A stretch of 50,679 nt of DNA, filler included, from Bipalium vagum (lineage: Eukaryota): NCBI GenBank assembly GCA_037834085.1. It is 3 parts of 3 records of this genome, joined end to end, with 100 filler letters (N's around TTAATTAATTAA, not from the genome) between each part and the next. Parts side by side here need not be neighbours in the genome. Positions count along the whole stretch, not along the records: positions 1 to 15,711 come from JBBMKC010150152.1; 2 more parts are not named here. The stretch is one strand, 5' to 3'. Made by a program: the position numbers and the translations under genes. Below are positions 1-13,560 of this stretch, piece after piece. How positions within the stretch are numbered: the first letter of the stretch is position 1; the number at the start of each line of letters is the position of its first letter. The notes beneath the pieces were generated by a model. The model did not search any database. It had not been told where the DNA came from and worked only from the letters and a program-made list of their open reading frames with translations.

Positions 1-68
<68 letters not shown>
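1..68. repeat. (TAT)n microsatellite at window start, inside OPLAH intron 4
   Basis: Perfect TAT repeat read directly. Confidence 0.97.
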
Positions 69-69
<1 letters not shown>

Positions 70-264
70 AAATAATAGAAATAAAAAATTATAAGAATTA
101 TAATAATAAAATAAAAATTATAATAACACTAATGATAATAGCAATTTTAATTAAATAATATAAATAATAACAAAATAGATTACTATTAGTTTATTACTTT
201 AGGAATAAAAATTATTATTATTTTTAAAATAGAAATAATATTAAAATGAAATTTAATTTGATAC

Positions 265-3200
265 CTTTTTCTTGGAAAACTCCATCTTTAACTAGGAAGA
301 ATGTCTTAAAAACTGCTCCTTCTTCAAAAATACTTTTTGAATGTGGAGGCATTGACCCAGGTGTTGAACCTCCAATGTCTGCGTGATGTCCTCGATTGGC
401 CAAAAAAAATAGTGGTAAGTCTCTTCCAGGTTGAAAAACGGGCGTAATTACAGTGAGATCGGGTAAATGACTTCCCCCAGTTTGAGGATGATTACTTAAT
501 ATGACATCACCCGGAAAAACTTCGTTATTTAATTGATACATTTGATATTTGACAGTTTCCTGCATGGCTCCCAAGTGCACAGGTATATGGGGTGCATTAG
601 CTACCAGTCCTCCATCTGGTCCGAACAATGCACAAGAAAAATCCAACCGTTCCTTGATATTGGTAGAAATTGCGGTATGCTGTAATACTCGACCCATTTG
701 CTCAGCTATGCTCATAAATCGATGCGAAAAAATGCTCAGTTGAATTGTATCATAATTAGTGTCCTTGCCAGAGGGTTTCACATTGGTTCCCACATCGATT
801 TCTATATCCCCATTATCAGTAACAATAAAGGAACAATTGGGTTCAATGACAATGGTGCTGTTCTTATCAATTATGATTGCAGGACCATTTATGTTGATAT
901 TATTTGAAAGATTTTCTAATAGATAGAGAGGAGTTTCAACAAATCCTCCATCAAAATAGACTTTCACACGTTCTTCCACCTCTATGTAACTTCTTCGTGA
1001 TGCAGTTGGATTTTCTTTATTTTCAATATCTATTCCCGACAACCCGGATCCTCTGACACGAATATCGTCGATAATAATATCCCGGTTTTGTAACACAAAA
1101 CCAAATTCAGATTTGTATCTATTAAGAAATATCGACAAGAACTGTTCGTACTTTATACTCAAAGAAGCGCAATCAGTGCCAGAAATCATTAAAGCACAAT
1201 CCGTTCCTTTATATCTCATATTCAAAAAAGGTTCTGTTCTAATTTGATCTTTTGAAAAACCCAAAGATCCTAGCTCTACCACACAAGTTTCCGCCAAAGT
1301 TTGTATTCTCCGACAAATCTCGGTACGGTTTTCCGAATAGTAATACATGCCACAAGGTTCTTGACGTTCACAAACAACATCGGCCAACGCAAGACCAAAT
1401 GCAGACAAAATTCCACTAAATCGATGAATGAAAATCTTCTTCATTCCCAACGAGCGAGCAATGGCACAGGCATGTTGTCCTCCAGCCCCTCCGAAACATG
1501 CCAAAACATGCTTTGATGTGTCGAATCCTTTTCCCTGAGTTAAAGATCTAATTGGTCTGCACATACTTTCGTTAGCAACTTGAATGAATCCAAACGCAAC
1601 CTGCTCCACTGTCATGTTATGTGAACCATCTTTGTATTGATGACACACGAATTTATTGACAGTGTCCGTCATATGTTCCATTGCTTTATACGCACTTTCA
1701 TAATCCAAAGGCTCATTTTCATTGGGACCAAATATTGAGGGAAAATACTTCGAAATTATTCTTCCCAACACCAAATTGGCATCTGTGACCGTGAGGTAAC
1801 CCCCTTTTCTATAACAAACCGGTCCCGGGTGTGCACCTGCTGATTCTGGTCCAATCAAAAAAAGTCCTTCGGCTTCTCGAAAAAATAATCTACTTCCTCC
1901 ACCGGCGGCTACAGTGTTTATGTCTAATTGTGGTGCTTGGATGGATATTCCTGCCGTGACCGATTCGAATACATGTTCCAAACTTCCTCCATAACGACTA
2001 ACGTCAGTCGAAGTCCCTCCCATATCAAATCCAATAACTGGCTGGCAAGTTTGCTTGTTGTATGTTGTCATTGCATAGCCTATTACACCTCCAGCAGGTC
2101 CAGACAAGATAGCACGTGAACCGACAAATTTATTCATTGGTGAAAGTCCACCATCGGACTGCATAAAAAGTATGGGAGATTTCTCATCTAGTCCAGTAAA
2201 TCCTTGTTTGAAACTGTCGACATATTTCTTTATACAAGGAGTTAGATACGCATCAGCAGTAACAGTGAGTCCTCGGGGAACCAATTTTATCATGGGCATA
2301 ATATAAGACGATAGAGATATTTGATTGAATTTTAATTGCTGAGCAATCTCTCCTATTCTTTCTTCGTGACGTGGATATAAATATGAATGAGCCAAAGCAA
2401 CTGCAATTGATTTAATTCCTGAGTCCAAAAGGTTTTGAAGATCACTTCTAACCTTCTCTTCATTGAGAGCAGTGTGTACTATAACCTTAAAGAACAAAAA
2501 TAGGAAAAAAACTTTATATTTGATAATACTAAAATAAAATTATTGTCTTTTTAATAATGCATTATCATTATTATTAGTATTAATAACATTATTGTTAATA
2601 AATAAGTCTAACCTTTTCCCCATGTCGTCCTTCAGAAATTGCTCCCTGTACATTCATGTTACACTTATCATTTAATAAAATGATACGCTCTTCGACTTCA
2701 ATAACATGAGAATACAACATTTCTGGCTTTTCTATCTTCTAAAAAAATTAAATTGGTTCCTTAACTTTTTTTGATATAATATAATGAAATCTAATAATAA
2801 TGCTGTTATGGAATAATTTTTCCCGCAAATTTACAAGAAATATTTTTAGATTTTCTTTGATAATTTTTCAATATTTTTTCTGTACATGTGAGTTCGGTTA
2901 ACCCGGATCACTGGGAACCATAATTTTGCTTTGAATTACAATGCAACAGGATTAAACGAATCACAATATAATGAGTTACATAATAACCACATAAATATGT
3001 AATTTTCTGAACTTACAAGAATACCAGAATCAAAACTATCAAAAGCACCAAGTTTTAAATGTTGTTTTACTTTTTCAAACTTTTCTTCTTCAACAATGCT
3101 CAAGATTTCAAAATTTTATATTTCCATATTTACATTTGACGATTTTTATTCATACACCAGAATTCGACTAATCCGTTTTATTATTTAAATTATCTACGAT

Positions 3201-4641
3201 ATTAAAGTAAAATCAATACTAATATCTATTTTATTACTTTTAGTTTTAAATTATATTCTATCAATTTTCTACATTAAAACAAATTTCATATGGATTAAAA
3301 ATGTAATTTTAATTTTTTTAGATTTTCGATAAGGATTATTCAAACTGTAAAAATAATATCTGCTACATTACAAATTTAGACTAAAGAAACTGTAAGAATT
3401 AAACAAATACACAGTTTAGACCAATCCTAATTCCTCGAACTCCATTGTATTATATTTCTTATATTTTTTAATATAAGGTTTTCTTCACAATACTTATACA
3501 CGGTTAGACTGATTTTATTTTGGTTCTCTATTTTTCTGATATCTTTAAATGTATATAGAAGTATAACAAGAAATAAATCAGTTTCAAAATTGCCTATTAT
3601 TTTTAACAAAGCAGATTTCGAAAAAACTTTGGCCAGTGAATTCTGGTGATAACAGGTCGAAAATAAAAACGGAGATAATATTATTGATTAACTTGTTTTT
3701 AGTGTAAAAATTGTTCAGAATATCTTAAATATTTAAAAATAACAGAAAATTAAGTTAACTGAATCAATATTAATTAATAATTTTCGATTATTAAACTTTT
3801 AAAAACAAAATTTCATTGCTAATGACCCAGTACTTTTATCACTGATCTTTTATTGAAATAGACTAAATAATATAAGCAGATTATGAAGCATGAATTTAAA
3901 TTAAGAATAAATCAATTTTCACAATTGTATTGGTTCTTAAAGTTTTCCGATCTCTACGCAAATTATGCATTGATGCCACTGAAAAGATAATATCCAAGTC
4001 TATTTAGATTTTCTTAAGATAATGGAACTATGACCTTTTTGTAAAAAATGATTTGATTAATTATACTTCAAGTGAACGGTTATTATTATACTAAGTTTAC
4101 TCCAAAATTATATTATAAATCTATATAGACGTAATATATGTATAAACCAAATACAAAGCATAAAAGATAGAAACTTAAATGATGTACAGGTTATACTTAA
4201 AAGAAAAAATTAATAGAAAATAAATTATAATTAAGAATAATTTTATTACTAATTCAAATATATTTGGCCTTGATTGATTGCCGATAAAGAGGAGATCTCG
4301 AAAACCTTTAGTAATTAATAAAGCACATGGTTCTCCTTTACGCTCAAGTAAAGCGTTTGTAGCTACAGTAGTACCCATCCTGATCCATTCAATATACTTA
4401 AAATCTATTTTTTCATCAGAATTCAGTTCTTCTCCGACTTCCTTAATTATTTATGCCTTTTAAGATTTACATATTACAATTTTACTTTTTGAACTATTCT
4501 TTTTATAGCTTCAAAAGGAGCATCTTTATAACTATCCGGACAATCGGAAAGTAGTTTTAGAGTTCCTACTTTATTTTTGGAAGTTTTGTACCAAACATCA
4601 GTAAAAGTCCCACCCCTATCAATTGCAATTTGTAACTTCAT
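265..4641 (-). CDS. OPLAH: 5-oxoprolinase (ATP-hydrolysing, hydantoinase A/B family), 5' part; exons 4641-4486, 4441-4250, 2738-2613, 2485-265; continues beyond window start
   Basis: Spliced translation [15 protein letters not shown]...[16 protein letters not shown]...[12 protein letters not shown]...[10 protein letters not shown]...SIAEQMG...[15 protein letters not shown]...[12 protein letters not shown]...GSHLPD...HHADIGG. All introns are GT-AG (44, 1511, 127 nt, phase 0). A donor at 264 shows the gene continues. Confidence 0.96.
3155..3648. mobile_element. MITE-like non-autonomous DNA element in OPLAH intron 2
   Basis: 11-bp perfect TIR CACCAGAATTC (3155-3165) / GAATTCTGGTG (3638-3648), flanked by ATA on both sides (3152-3154, 3649-3651); no coding capacity. 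Confidence 0.55.
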
Positions 4642-6813
4642 TGTACAAGAAATTTAAATTAAATCTGAATAAATATATTTAATTTAGTTCTGCAAAACAA
4701 AATATAAGTTTTTTATACAATTATGGTAATTTATTTTAATAAGAAGGCTTAATTTCTTCTATGCAATTAATATTATATATGCAAAGCTTTATTTTCATTA
4801 TAAAGTAAGCAGTTTGATAAACTTTTATTTTTTCAATATTTTAAGTCAAAGATTAATAATTAACTTCAATAATAAAATTTTAAAAATTTAATAATAATGG
4901 TAATTTATAATTTATTTGCTGTAATTCGTGAGGTGTTATTTAGATCACTCCTACAAAAGAAAATTGAATTAAATTTTTAGTTGAAATTTTCCTTTGTTCC
5001 TTTTTAAATTGGTATATAAATAAAAATATATTTTGTTAACATACGAAGGAATAATAGCCAATTTTTATTTTTATCCATGGTTCTCAAACTTTCTACAGAT
5101 AACCTCTATTGAATTACCACTTCTGGGACCGACCAAAAATAATTATAATATTTTATAAGTATCAATTTTTGCATCCTTTGCATGAGAAGTAAATGCATAT
5201 TTTAATTCTAAAGAAAATTTATTTTTATGATCAATGAATTCAATTCCTTTTTTGCGTTTTATAAAACCACATTCAATTAGTATTTCTTCGTAAATGATTC
5301 CCATTCTTGTTTTAATTCACTTTATTAAAGAATAAATATATTGGTAATCTAAAGAAAAAACTTCAATAATTTCATACTTAACATTTAAATTCCAATTAAA
5401 TTTAGGTTTTATATTTTTATTTATAATTTCTCTTACTACGCTTTTCTTTACCATTTGTATCTTCGCTTTTTAAACTTGTCTTGTGACTTAAAGATTATTA
5501 ATTTTTGATGATTTACTCGATTCTTTAACTCATTGAATATATAATTGATTTGCTTTTCACTCCATTAGTTGTTTATATATGATTAACTTTATTGAAAATT
5601 GATTATTATTCTCATTTTCTTTGTGTTTCCATTACGATTGTGATAATAATAAATTCTGTCGTTTGAACTTATTATTTCTTTTGTTACATCAACTAATAGA
5701 AAGAGTGTAGAAAAATAGAAAATCCCACTGCTATATCAATTTTCGACCTTAGGGATATTGGCTTGTAGATGAGCGAATGAGTCAGGATACAAATCCTTGA
5801 TTCATTCATTGAGGGTTACTTATTGACCCTTTATTGTTCTTACGATTTTATAAAAATATAGATAAATAAATAAAGGATAAAATAAAGATCATTTTTTTAC
5901 GTTCTGGGTCATAGTCATGAACCTAGAAGTCAGGGACCCTGGCAGATCATAAAAGTCAATTCCTGAAGACACAGGTGTTTCAAAATATGTTGTTATTAAT
6001 TTCTATGCAGAAATGAGGAAGAAATGTGAGATTTTTTCTTGAACAGTTCACTAAAAATGGAGAACCCATGTTCTCAACTGTTTAAAGATGAAATTTATAT
6101 TCATCAAACTGTAAATAAATAAATTTTGTTGACAGGCAGACTGGTGCTCTCTCGCAAATTGAATCGATTTGGGGGAAAACTATGGTGATCTCTTGGAATT
6201 ATATCTAAATGAATGAATGTGACGCTAAAATATTCAATCGAGAAACTGCGAATTAATTTTTTATTTAATAAATTTGCTTTTGTTAATTTTTTGTGATTCG
6301 TTTCAAGTCTCTTTTTTGACCGGTCAATCGTACCAAGTATGTTTTTTGACCGAGTCGGTAAAAAAACATCATCCAAATAATCTTATGATAATAATAATAA
6401 AAAGCTTATTTTAGTTTATTAAAATTTTAATTTTTTAATACTGTTGATTGATGAACTAATAATGTAAAAGTATATTTATGTGTGCTTAATGTTTGAATGA
6501 ACAATAATTTTTAATTCTCCACATATTAAATGAGAAATGAAGGAATGATCTTCATTGGTTTTATAATAATATTTTGAATATATTTTATAATTCGACCACA
6601 TGTAATCCATTGTATATTGTTATCCGTTTTATAGTAAATAAAAATTACAACTTCAAAAATGAAAGTCATTCATAAAATCGCTTCCATCAATGTACTTGAT
6701 CACATGACAAATCGGATTATATCATGAGATGTTAAATGTGAGTATTTTATTAAAATTTTCGTTTATAAATCAATTGAATACTTTGGATAACACTTTCAAT
6801 CCAAAATCTGTCA

Positions 6814-7211
6814 ATGTTTCCTGAGAAAGGGACAACAGTTTGGGTCAATTTTAGAGAGAAGTCATATCTTGGAAAGGTATTACAGACAAGCCCAGAACTC
6901 GATATGGTGTGTGTTCGAATATATAATTATTTAGATCACGTCACACCGGATCCAGAAACAGATTTTGTATCTCATTCTTGCCCAGAATCCAATCTTTTAC
7001 TGATGCCTAATCGTCAGTCATCTGTTGTTATCACCTGTGGATTTGCCGATATTTGCCAAATCGAGCCCCATAGAGCTCCACAATTCCAAAAATCTCAACA
7101 CGATTCCAACACCGAAGCTGCAAAAAATGAAACTTGTGATCACTTGGAATCCGGTAGCGTAGCTCCGGAATCCAAGAATGTAAAAATAGATTGCGAGAGA
7201 ATCACCACCAA
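6814..7211 (+). CDS. Probable first coding exon of an uncharacterised gene with a PWWP/Tudor (Royal family)-like N-terminus; downstream exons not identified
   Basis: 133-codon ORF, GC-richer than its flanks, ending at a strong donor AA|GTGAGT (7212). GTTVWVNFREKSYLGKVLQ...VCVRIY resembles the PWWP pattern G-x-x-VW-x-K...GKV...V-x-F. Confidence 0.55.
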
Positions 7212-9579
7212 GTGAGTTTTTTTCTTAATTATTTATTTATATTTTTTAAAAAATGCTTTGGTTTCTGTTACGGTTCTTCGATCCTTTGAATTATTAATAA
7301 CGTTCATCGATGAAATCAACATTAATCATCTCATTTTTCTTATCAAAATCAAATGCCAAATACCTATGGTTGATAAATAAATATTGTTAATACTATTAAT
7401 AAACAAATACTGTTACATGGAAAGTGTGACTTCAGGTTGAAAAGTCAAGTGAATGTCAGGAATTTTTTTTTCTATGCTTAGCGAAAAAACACTTACATTT
7501 GATCATGGTTAGATGGTTTTTGAGCTGAATGTGATCAGTGATTGGTTTTAAAAATAGTATAAATCACCAGATGTTTAACTCTTAATTTGGAATATGAATC
7601 AATTAATATAATCTTACCTGTCAACCTGTTAATAGTTAGATCAAGTTTTATCTTCAGGTTGTCATGAGAGACATTTGTCTATCGTGCAATGGTGGGGTCC
7701 ATAGGTAGGAAGACTGATGGATGCTTGTCAAGTGAAGAAATCGATACAAAATAAATTCGATTCTATTTTCTGTAGTTTTGGTGTATTATTAACAAATTAA
7801 TTCTCATCAATAAGAACATTTATCTTGCCATTATTGAGAGATTATCACTTTCATCAATAATAATTCTATAAGAAAACCTGTTAATTGACAGCAGAAATAA
7901 TATAAAACAAACTTGGAAATAAATATTATTTTAAATTATTTATTTATTTTTCCTGAAATTATTAACACATATTGACACAAACTTAAGACAAAAAAGAAAA
8001 ATCTTTATTTGAGTTATGCTTTAAAATATTGATTGTTTTTCTTATTCCGAAAAATAAAAACATTAATTCATCATATTTCCTTAAATTTAATAAATTCTTT
8101 ACCTCCAAATTTGGTAACATCAAAAACTGTATTTCGTAATGACAAATATTTATAGACAAATGACAATCTGTATAATGTTTTATGATAATAATAAAATTTT
8201 ATTAAGGTATCATAACAGCCAAATACGCAATGCAATAATTAAATTTAATGAATACAATATATTTTTTAAGTTTATTATTAAATTAAATTAAATTATAATT
8301 TATTTAGTATTAATTAATTATAATTATTATATTTAATTTAATAAATTAAGGTAAATATTTTAATTTTGTGAATAATTTATCGTAAAGAAAATTATTTTAG
8401 GAAAATTAACATTTGATAGCCAAATAATAATAAAATTTCAACTTTTTACTGGAATAAGTGATGACTGTACAAGTTAACCGGCATATTATTGGTTTCATAT
8501 AAAATTTAAAATTTGAATATTACACTTTGTTTTAAAGTTTGTTAGATTTGCATTAAAATCAACAGAGATTTTAACTTTTCTTTATGGTATGTGATTTACC
8601 GGACACTGTACATTTATCAACTTATTTATTTATAATTATATATATAATTTTAATTTTCTATCAATTTTGCGTAGGCTGTAGCCAAATAATTCAATTGTTG
8701 AACTGCCTATTTATTGCGCGTGTCCTTAAAATAGAGACAGAAAAATCAACAACCGTAAATAACTGTTTAATTCGCATTACATATATAATATCAATAAATA
8801 AAAGTCTATGAACAATATTTCAAATTATCTCTTGGTATTTAAGTTTCCAAGAAGTCTTAAGAGAACAACAGATGGTTGTTTTTCAACAGACTAAGCTCTG
8901 TTTAACCAAAATGTTAAACAATTTTGAGGCGGTGTTAGTCAAAAAATATCTGGAGATAATTTATTATCTTTTTAAATTATAATTAAATTCCTCGCTTTAA
9001 AATATCCAAACATTATTGACTGTCGACAGTTCAACAACAATTTCCTCAAATTGTATATGGAAAACAGTATGGTCTGAACTATTAGAATTAATCATAACAA
9101 TAATTCTGTCATATTTAAACTTCATTAGAATAAACATTAATAAGTGCATATTGAAATAATTTTAATAAACAATAAATATCTGTTAAATTTATGTAACAGT
9201 GACTCTTTTTATTAATTAATATTCTCGTCTTGTAAGTATCACCTTCGTAGAAATATAATTATATCGGGGAGGACTGATATTAAATATGACCACGTTAGTT
9301 CAGAAAATTTTCCAAAAAGATTTCCGTTGTTTATTTATTTTTATACTTCTCAGTATACTACTGATTGTTAACTTTATGTATAAAATGTGAATATTTCCGA
9401 AGTTTTGATTATCCTTCAAAAGAAAATTAATAGACGACTTCGTGTTATGTTAAAATATGAATACATAAATTTTTATACATATATTGTTATGAAAATTACT
9501 TTTCGTTCTTTAATTTTTTCATATTTTTCTGATTTTCTTATTCTACAGTTGTTGATCTTTCTTTATTAAAAAGGTTTAC

Positions 9580-9719
9580 CACACTAATATACTGATTTTG
9601 CTTGATTGCACCAAAGAAATCTGGTAACATTTCAGGAATTTCGAAAGTCCCCGGGTTGAATGTTCTTCTTTGAATATGACAATAACTTGTCGTTGAAGAT
9701 TTGTCAATTCCGACATTTG
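9580..9719 (-). CDS. Candidate internal coding exon of an unidentified gene
   Basis: GC-richer 140-nt block bounded by acceptor ...ttaattactAG and donor GTG|gtaaac. Open frame NVGIDKSSTTSYCHIQRRTFNPGTFEIPEMLPDFFGAIKQNQYISV. Confidence 0.35.
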
Positions 9720-10852
9720 CTAGTAATTAAATTTAATAATTAAAACAACAAAATAAGGTCATACATTTTTGTTTTATTGTTATCTTTAATTTTATGGTTT
9801 TTTGTGAGGCATCCTATATATTGAAAAATGTAGTCAATGTGAATATCGAAAAAATTCGGGTAGTTATTATGTTTTCTTTAGAATAACACCAAAACCCTGC
9901 AACCGTAACACTTAAAAACCATAATAAGGATGTGACGCATTTAGTAGAAGTACGGTTTGCTCAATATCAATCCTACAAAACCATTCAAAAAAACCTCCTG
10001 ATATATTTTACAAAGTTCACTCCAACGTAGTTTTAAAAAATAACAGTTACAAATTTTTCTGTAAAATAGAAATTGGTAAACAGTCGTATACTCTTCGTTC
10101 TACAACTTAGAGTCACTTTTATGATATTGATCAACTTGAAAAAAAAACAAGTTGTCATATAAATTGTCCGAAAAAACGTGATAATCCTATAATTGTTAAG
10201 ACCTTCATAAAAAATTACCAAGTTTATTCCTGAACAGATCATTGATGTCTGTTTGAAAAATGGATCTTTTATGATAAAAATAACATGTCCTGTAAAAATG
10301 TTTGAAGAACACATTAAAAAAAACTATATCCAAAGCTTATGAAAGATAAATTGAAAAACAATAATAAGACACCATTATGATTTCTGTTATTCTGTAACCA
10401 ACAGATCGATTCTGTTGAAAGACAACCACGAACTTAATGCTTCCGAAAAATTGTAGAAACTGAATTTTGAAATTCTTATTAATCCCATTTGGCCTCTGTG
10501 GATTTTTTTAAAAAAATTTTTTGATTTTTTTTTAAAATCAATTTTTTAAAGAATTTTTATACAAAGCTTAAAAAGATAAAGAATGTTGTTCAATATTTTT
10601 CTATTCAAAACTCCAAGATTTCTTTAAAACTGGAATCCTTCTATTGCCAGAGCTTTATTGAAAAATTTATTGGACCTACTGAAGATTTTTTTGAACAGTA
10701 ATTTTTTATTCAATATTTTTTGTTTTACTTAAAAGTTAAAAATTTGATCGTAAGATCAAATTTCAAATAGTTTTCAATTTAAAAATCTTCGTAAGTGATT
10801 TCATTTTCAGTATCAAAAATGTATAATTTACATTTTTACATATACCATATAT

Positions 10853-11731
10853 AGGGTGACAAAGACATTCAAGGTGTTTTTGATTCACCATTATTCTATC
10901 AAAGCAAAACCTATTACAAAAGAGGTTTAAACTAATATCACAAGTTCTAAGATCATTTTAATTGTTCACTATCCTCAGACCTAACGTTCATCTGATACAA
11001 AGTAATATACTTTCAGCTGTTCTAGACTTTTATAAAGCTATCTATTTTCTCCAAACTATTATTGATTAATTGTACATTTGTTCTTGTTCAAACAAAATTT
11101 TCTTAAATTGTAAGCCTTCCTAATACATCTTAAAAACCGCACTAAATTAACCGACAATCCAACACATTTGAAAAATCCATTCAGATCTCTGTAAGGCATA
11201 ATGAAGTTGATGGCCAACCTTTTTTGTCTAAAATCTTTGGAATGTGCGTCTCAGAAAAATTCCATGATTTTGCTGACGCATGCCAAGTCAACAGTTCACT
11301 AAAAACAGTTTTCTACAGTTTCCTAACCGATTATTACTAGGGTCTTGTAACTACTGTGCGTAAGGCTCTAATAAACTTTAATAAATTCATTATTTATTTT
11401 CATATCTTCGGAATCCAAAATAACGGAATTTCAATAAATCCGGAATACAATCTTTTAAATATACTATGTTGTACTAATTGAGACAAGGTCACTATTTAAG
11501 CTAATCTTTAGTACTGTTAATTTCATTTTAACCACTATTAAATGGTAAACGGATGTCGTTGGTATTTTACACAGGTTTAATATACCTTTGGTCTTCTTTC
11601 CGCTTTGATACAAAATCATTGTAGTAAAACAATTTCCTTTAAATATCCTTGATGATCTCCATAAAAATAGATAGACGAATAATATTGACAATAATTAAAA
11701 CTATAAATTGCGGGCACTTTCTGTCACCCTG
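10853..11731 (-). mobile_element. Decayed, internally deleted Tc1/mariner-superfamily element (maT/DD37D-like)
   Basis: Inverted ends AGGGTGACA (10853) / TGTCACCCTG (11722-11731). Minus strand gives HTH-like MILYQSGKKTKGILNLCKIPTTSVYHLI and a later HASAK...DKKGWPSTS...MDFS segment resembling the WPPNSPDLNPLDFS region. Confidence 0.55.
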
Positions 11732-12199
11732 GTTTTGTATAAAACCTATTAAATGGTTAGAAAATTCTGAGATATGTATTTGTAATTATGTAGTCTAAGA
11801 TTTTTATTAATCTCAATTGACTTTTAGCTCAAAACCTCGACATTTTTCTGAAGACGAAAGTGATTGGTCAGGTTATACATTTTGGAAAGGTTTTTATATA
11901 ATATAACAATACTTATCTTTTCACTAACAGAATCATTTAACATGGGCAAACTGTCAAATGAAAGTGAACTGGGTGAAACAAAAAGATTGTCGGTAGAAAA
12001 AAAATTATGGCAATGCTGGCCATATAAAAGGCATTTGACAAGTGAAAAGAAATTATCCTTACAAGTGGTGAATAGACAAAAGTTGGAGTCGTATACTGAT
12101 CAGGACAATTGGGTTGTCATTGAAAAAGTGAAAGGACCTGAGTACGATGAAGTTAGTTTTAATAATTATATTAGACTTCCATGAATAATTATTCAACAA

Positions 12200-13560
12200 A
12201 CTTATGTCTTATACTTAATGATATATATATAGCTGTCCAAAGTGCGGGTGAAGACTAATTTTTAGTGGACTGCTAGTTTCAAAATAAAAGGAAATATTCA
12301 CCGAATCTAACCCCTTAGAGAAACAGTTTCCATTTGAGTTGAATACGATCTTCGTCATTAATTTGAAAAAAAAATGATGACCACTATGAACAAGTAACAC
12401 GTAAAGTCAGTAAAATGGAATTCAGAAATTTGAAACTAGAATTATTAGAGTAGAAATTAGTCTTCAAGATTAGGAAATGGTATATCTGTGAAAACGAGGA
12501 AGTTTATCAATTGGAGTGCATTTCATCGCCGACAGTTCAGAGATCTTCATGTTCAATATCATGATACCCTATTATTAAGCTTTAGGGTGATTCTCAAGAC
12601 CTGTTTGAATTGAGGCAGGAGATTAGCCTGTTCATACGCCAGAAGAACCGAAAAGTACTTCAAATAGGCAATCTTCTATGGCTATCTGACCTATACTCTC
12701 TGGTAGATATCACAGAGCATCTCATCCAAGTCAAGAAGCAGTTTATCTCCACTCGGTTGACCAAATAACAGTATTGAAAAAAAACTATACCTCTTAAAAT
12801 ATTATCTCACTTTGGATCCCATACAGAGGTGTTGGAAGAGATTAGGATTAATAGTTGTGCAGATAATCCCTTCCTTTTCTCTAATTAGGACCAAAGATAT
12901 TTTAAATTCACTAATTCAAAGTCTATTGACACAATTGATAAATGTTTCTAGGATTTCAGAATATGCCAAATAAAATTTGATTTTATTTACTAATCCTTTT
13001 GTGGTCCACTTAGAAATAGCTCAATGAGACGTGCAGCTTGAGCTGATCGGTTTACAGGAAGATTTCATTTTCCATTCCTAAGACGTTTCACTGCTCAACT
13101 TCTGTTATCTCTCTTTGAAGGATCAAAGTGAGAGCATTCTTATTTAAATGTCAAAAAATATTTTCTATTTTTGCTGTTAAAAAGAGCAAGTTAAAAGAAA
13201 ATCTGTACTCCATGAATCGATTGTATACTTTGAAATGCGCTGCGGATTATAGTATTATTTTTAATAATACGAATCAGGATCACATCTCGCATTCACTTTC
13301 TCATTGGCATTTATTTATTTACGGTATTTCGTTCATTTCTTCAAGGTTGTTTGATGAAAAGCTTATTTTTTCCATTTAACCCGTGTATTTTAGTACTCCT
13401 AAAAATATTTAAACTTTTTATGAATTTGGTTTTCCTAAATAAGCAATATGTTTGTCCACAAGGAGCCCGCGATCTTTGATTCATTTCCATAGGTGGTCCG
13501 TAACCAAAACCTTTTGATAACACTGATAAAGAAGATTGATAATGTTTGTAAAGTAGCGAG
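12200..13560 (-). mobile_element. Probable heavily decayed LTR-retrotransposon internal fragment
   Basis: GC-richer, stop-riddled sequence; SLHPHFGQLY resembles the integrase-tail KLxPxFxGPY motif. Weak. Confidence 0.25.

Noticed and set aside
549-2119. Plus-strand ORFs overlapping OPLAH
   Set aside because: Antisense shadows of a long coding exon.
2898-2920. TTAA-CCC piggyBac-like terminus in OPLAH intron 2
   Set aside because: No matching GGG-TTAA end found; too short to call.
5076-5135. hAT-like start (CATGGTTCTCAAACTTT)
   Set aside because: Only one degenerate end, with no TSD or partner TIR.
7618-7770. GC-richer block with splice-like sites on both strands
   Set aside because: All frames tested contain stops, and it does not continue the 6814 exon in frame.
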